Source of the DNA: Bacilli bacterium
GTDB taxonomy: Bacteria > Bacillota_I > Bacilli_A > RF39 > UBA660
Assembly (NCBI GenBank): GCA_045580645.1
Contig: JAZNOG010000026.1
Location: forward strand, 1-38,890
DNA length: 38,890 nucleotides
Direction of reading: 5' to 3'
Both the position numbers and the translations under genes were made by a program. The notes under the pieces were generated by a model. The model made no database searches and was not told the origin of the DNA. It was given only the letters and a program-made list of their open reading frames with translations. Below, piece by piece: positions 37,451 through 38,890 of the stretch (its first letter is position 1; each line of letters starts with the position of its first letter).

Positions 37451-37620
37451 AATATCACCTAAATATAAAAATAACACTTATCTTATGAATAAGTGTCAAA
37501 CAAATTTATTATACAATACTAAATTTATAAAGTTTAATAGACATATTCATAATTTATACTGTCAAACTTCTTTTAAACACAAACATATTGTATTATATCT
37601 TTAATAAAAAGTCAATTAAA

Positions 37621-37842
37621 CTATATCCTAACTAATATAACATCGTCACCAATTCGTTCAATTTTATCCCAACTTATTTCAGATTCACCTTCCGTTTGCT
37701 TAAATTTTAAAAATTTCCTACTACTTTCTATAACTAAAGAAATAAGTTTTCCATCACGATCTAATTTTACATCAATAATATTCCCTATTCTTCTTCCGTT
37801 TAAATCAACAATATCTTTATGTTGTAACTCAGATAAACGCAT
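37621..37842 (-). CDS. ylmC: YlmC/YmxH-family sporulation protein (PRC-barrel)
   Basis: MRLSELQHKDIVDLNGRRIGNIIDV fits the family; ~73 aa. Start at the ATG at 37842 after GGGTGAT. Confidence 0.8.
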   Translation of the reverse strand: MRLSELQHKDIVDLNGRRIGNIIDVKLDRDGKLISLVIESSRKFLKFKQTEGESEISWDKIERIGDDVILVRI

Positions 37843-37914
37843 AATATCACCCATTAAATTTTATTTTTATATTTCATATTTATGAAAATTATGTATAATA
37901 AAATTGGTGATTTT

Positions 37915-38805
37915 ATGAACTCTTTAAAAAACTGCACATTATGTCCTCATAATTGTAAAGTAGATAGAACAAAAACATTAGGATTTTGTAAAGCAAATGA
38001 CAAATTAAAAATTGCAAGAGCAGATCTTTATTACTATGAAGAACCATGCATTTCAGGAACACAAGGTAGTGGTGCAATCTTTTTTAGCAACTGTAATTTA
38101 AAATGTATTTACTGTCAAAACTATGAAATAAGCTGTGACAACATTGGTAAAGAAATAACAATAAATCATCTAGTTGACATCTTGTTAGACTTGCAAAAAC
38201 AAAATGCCTTAAATATTAACTTAGTAACGCCAACACATTATGTTCCTTTAATAATTAAAGCTTTAAAAATAGCTAAACAAAAAGGCCTAACAATACCAAT
38301 TGTATACAACACTAGTAGTTATGAAAATGTAGAAACAATAAAATCATTAAATGGGTTAATAGATATATATCTACCAGATTTTAAATATTATGATGATAAA
38401 TATGCAATAAAATACTCAAAAGCACCAAATTATTTTAAATATGCTAAAGATGCAATAAATGAAATGTTCAAACAAGTAGGAAAACCAGTATTTGATGAAA
38501 ATAACAATTTAAAAAAAGGTGTTTTAATTAGACACCTAATACTACCAAATTTAAAAGAAGACTCCAAAAAAATTATAAAATACATTTATGATACCTATAA
38601 AGATAACGTTTATATAAGTATTATGAATCAATATACACAAATTAAAAATTATAAATATGAAGAACTAAATAGAAAAATAACTAATGAAGAATATGACGAA
38701 ATAATAGAATATGCCTACGATTTAGGTATTAGAAATGCTTATGTTCAAGAAAAAGGAACAGTAGACGAAAGCTTTATTCCAGATTTTAAAACACAAAACT
38801 TTTAA
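37915..38805 (+). CDS. radical SAM protein, PflX-like putative glycyl-radical-activating enzyme family
   Basis: CNLKCIYCQN (CxxxCxxC) plus an N-terminal CTLCPHNCKVDR cysteine cluster. Start at the ATG at 37915 after GGTGAT. Confidence 0.75.
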   Translation: MNSLKNCTLCPHNCKVDRTKTLGFCKANDKLKIARADLYYYEEPCISGTQGSGAIFFSNCNLKCIYCQNYEISCDNIGKEITINHLVDILLDLQKQNALNINLVTPTHYVPLIIKALKIAKQKGLTIPIVYNTSSYENVETIKSLNGLIDIYLPDFKYYDDKYAIKYSKAPNYFKYAKDAINEMFKQVGKPVFDENNNLKKGVLIRHLILPNLKEDSKKIIKYIYDTYKDNVYISIMNQYTQIKNYKYEELNRKITNEEYDEIIEYAYDLGIRNAYVQEKGTVDESFIPDFKTQNF

Positions 38806-38890
38806 CTACATCATCTTTCTAATTCTAGTTAAAGCATTTTTTTCTAACCTTGAAATTTGAGCCTGAGAAATACCAATTTCATCTGCTATT
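38806..38890 (-). CDS. 3' end of a sigma-70-family sporulation-type sigma factor (region 4.2); probably sigG by synteny with ylmC
   Basis: The reverse strand translates to ...IADEIGISQAQISRLEKNALTRIRKMM*, which is an HTH of the SigF/SigG/SigE type. The CDS continues beyond the window edge. Confidence 0.65.
   Translation of the reverse strand, partial: IADEIGISQAQISRLEKNALTRIRKMM

Overview
Very AT-rich chromosomal segment (roughly 25% G+C by eye) from an endospore-forming Firmicute, Clostridia/Erysipelotrichia-like; the species cannot be assigned from sequence alone. It holds about 50 genes, nearly all on the minus strand. Most are housekeeping or sporulation genes in Bacillus-like synteny: htrA, spoIVFA-like/spoIVFB, mreD/mreC, radC, trmL, ruvA/ruvB, spoVIF, der, a dnaB-like replication protein, engB, nrnA, ackA, an alpha/beta-type SASP, thiI, tig, greA, trmR-mltG-DUF1292-ruvX-ireB, rhomboid protease, rluD, lspA, ylmC, a radical-SAM enzyme and the 3' end of a sporulation-type sigma factor. 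Many ORF-track starts are GTG/TTG extensions; I moved them to ATG codons preceded by a GGAGG/GGTGA Shine-Dalgarno. The stand-out feature is an ORF-free, GC-enriched gap at 16.2-16.8 kb. It reads as a free-standing ~610-nt structured RNA gene on the minus strand, with a near-consensus sigma-A promoter, an intrinsic terminator, pairing between its 5' and 3' ends and several strong hairpins. This is a large ornate ncRNA candidate of the OLE/ROOL class. About 2 kb downstream on the same strand lies a ~20 kDa four-TM protein with a DxxxD motif, which is OapA-like. It is separated from the RNA by a divergent gene pair: a gamma-class N6-adenine DNA methyltransferase and a 252-aa orphan, possibly an inserted R-M cassette. 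Other accessory content: an Abi_2 abortive-infection gene translationally coupled to htrA; a Fic / UDG-like / 651-aa orphan block bounded by nested short direct repeats; and a 325-aa orphan gene with a consensus promoter and a terminator/antiterminator leader. No CRISPR array, tRNA, rRNA, transposase or integrase was seen.
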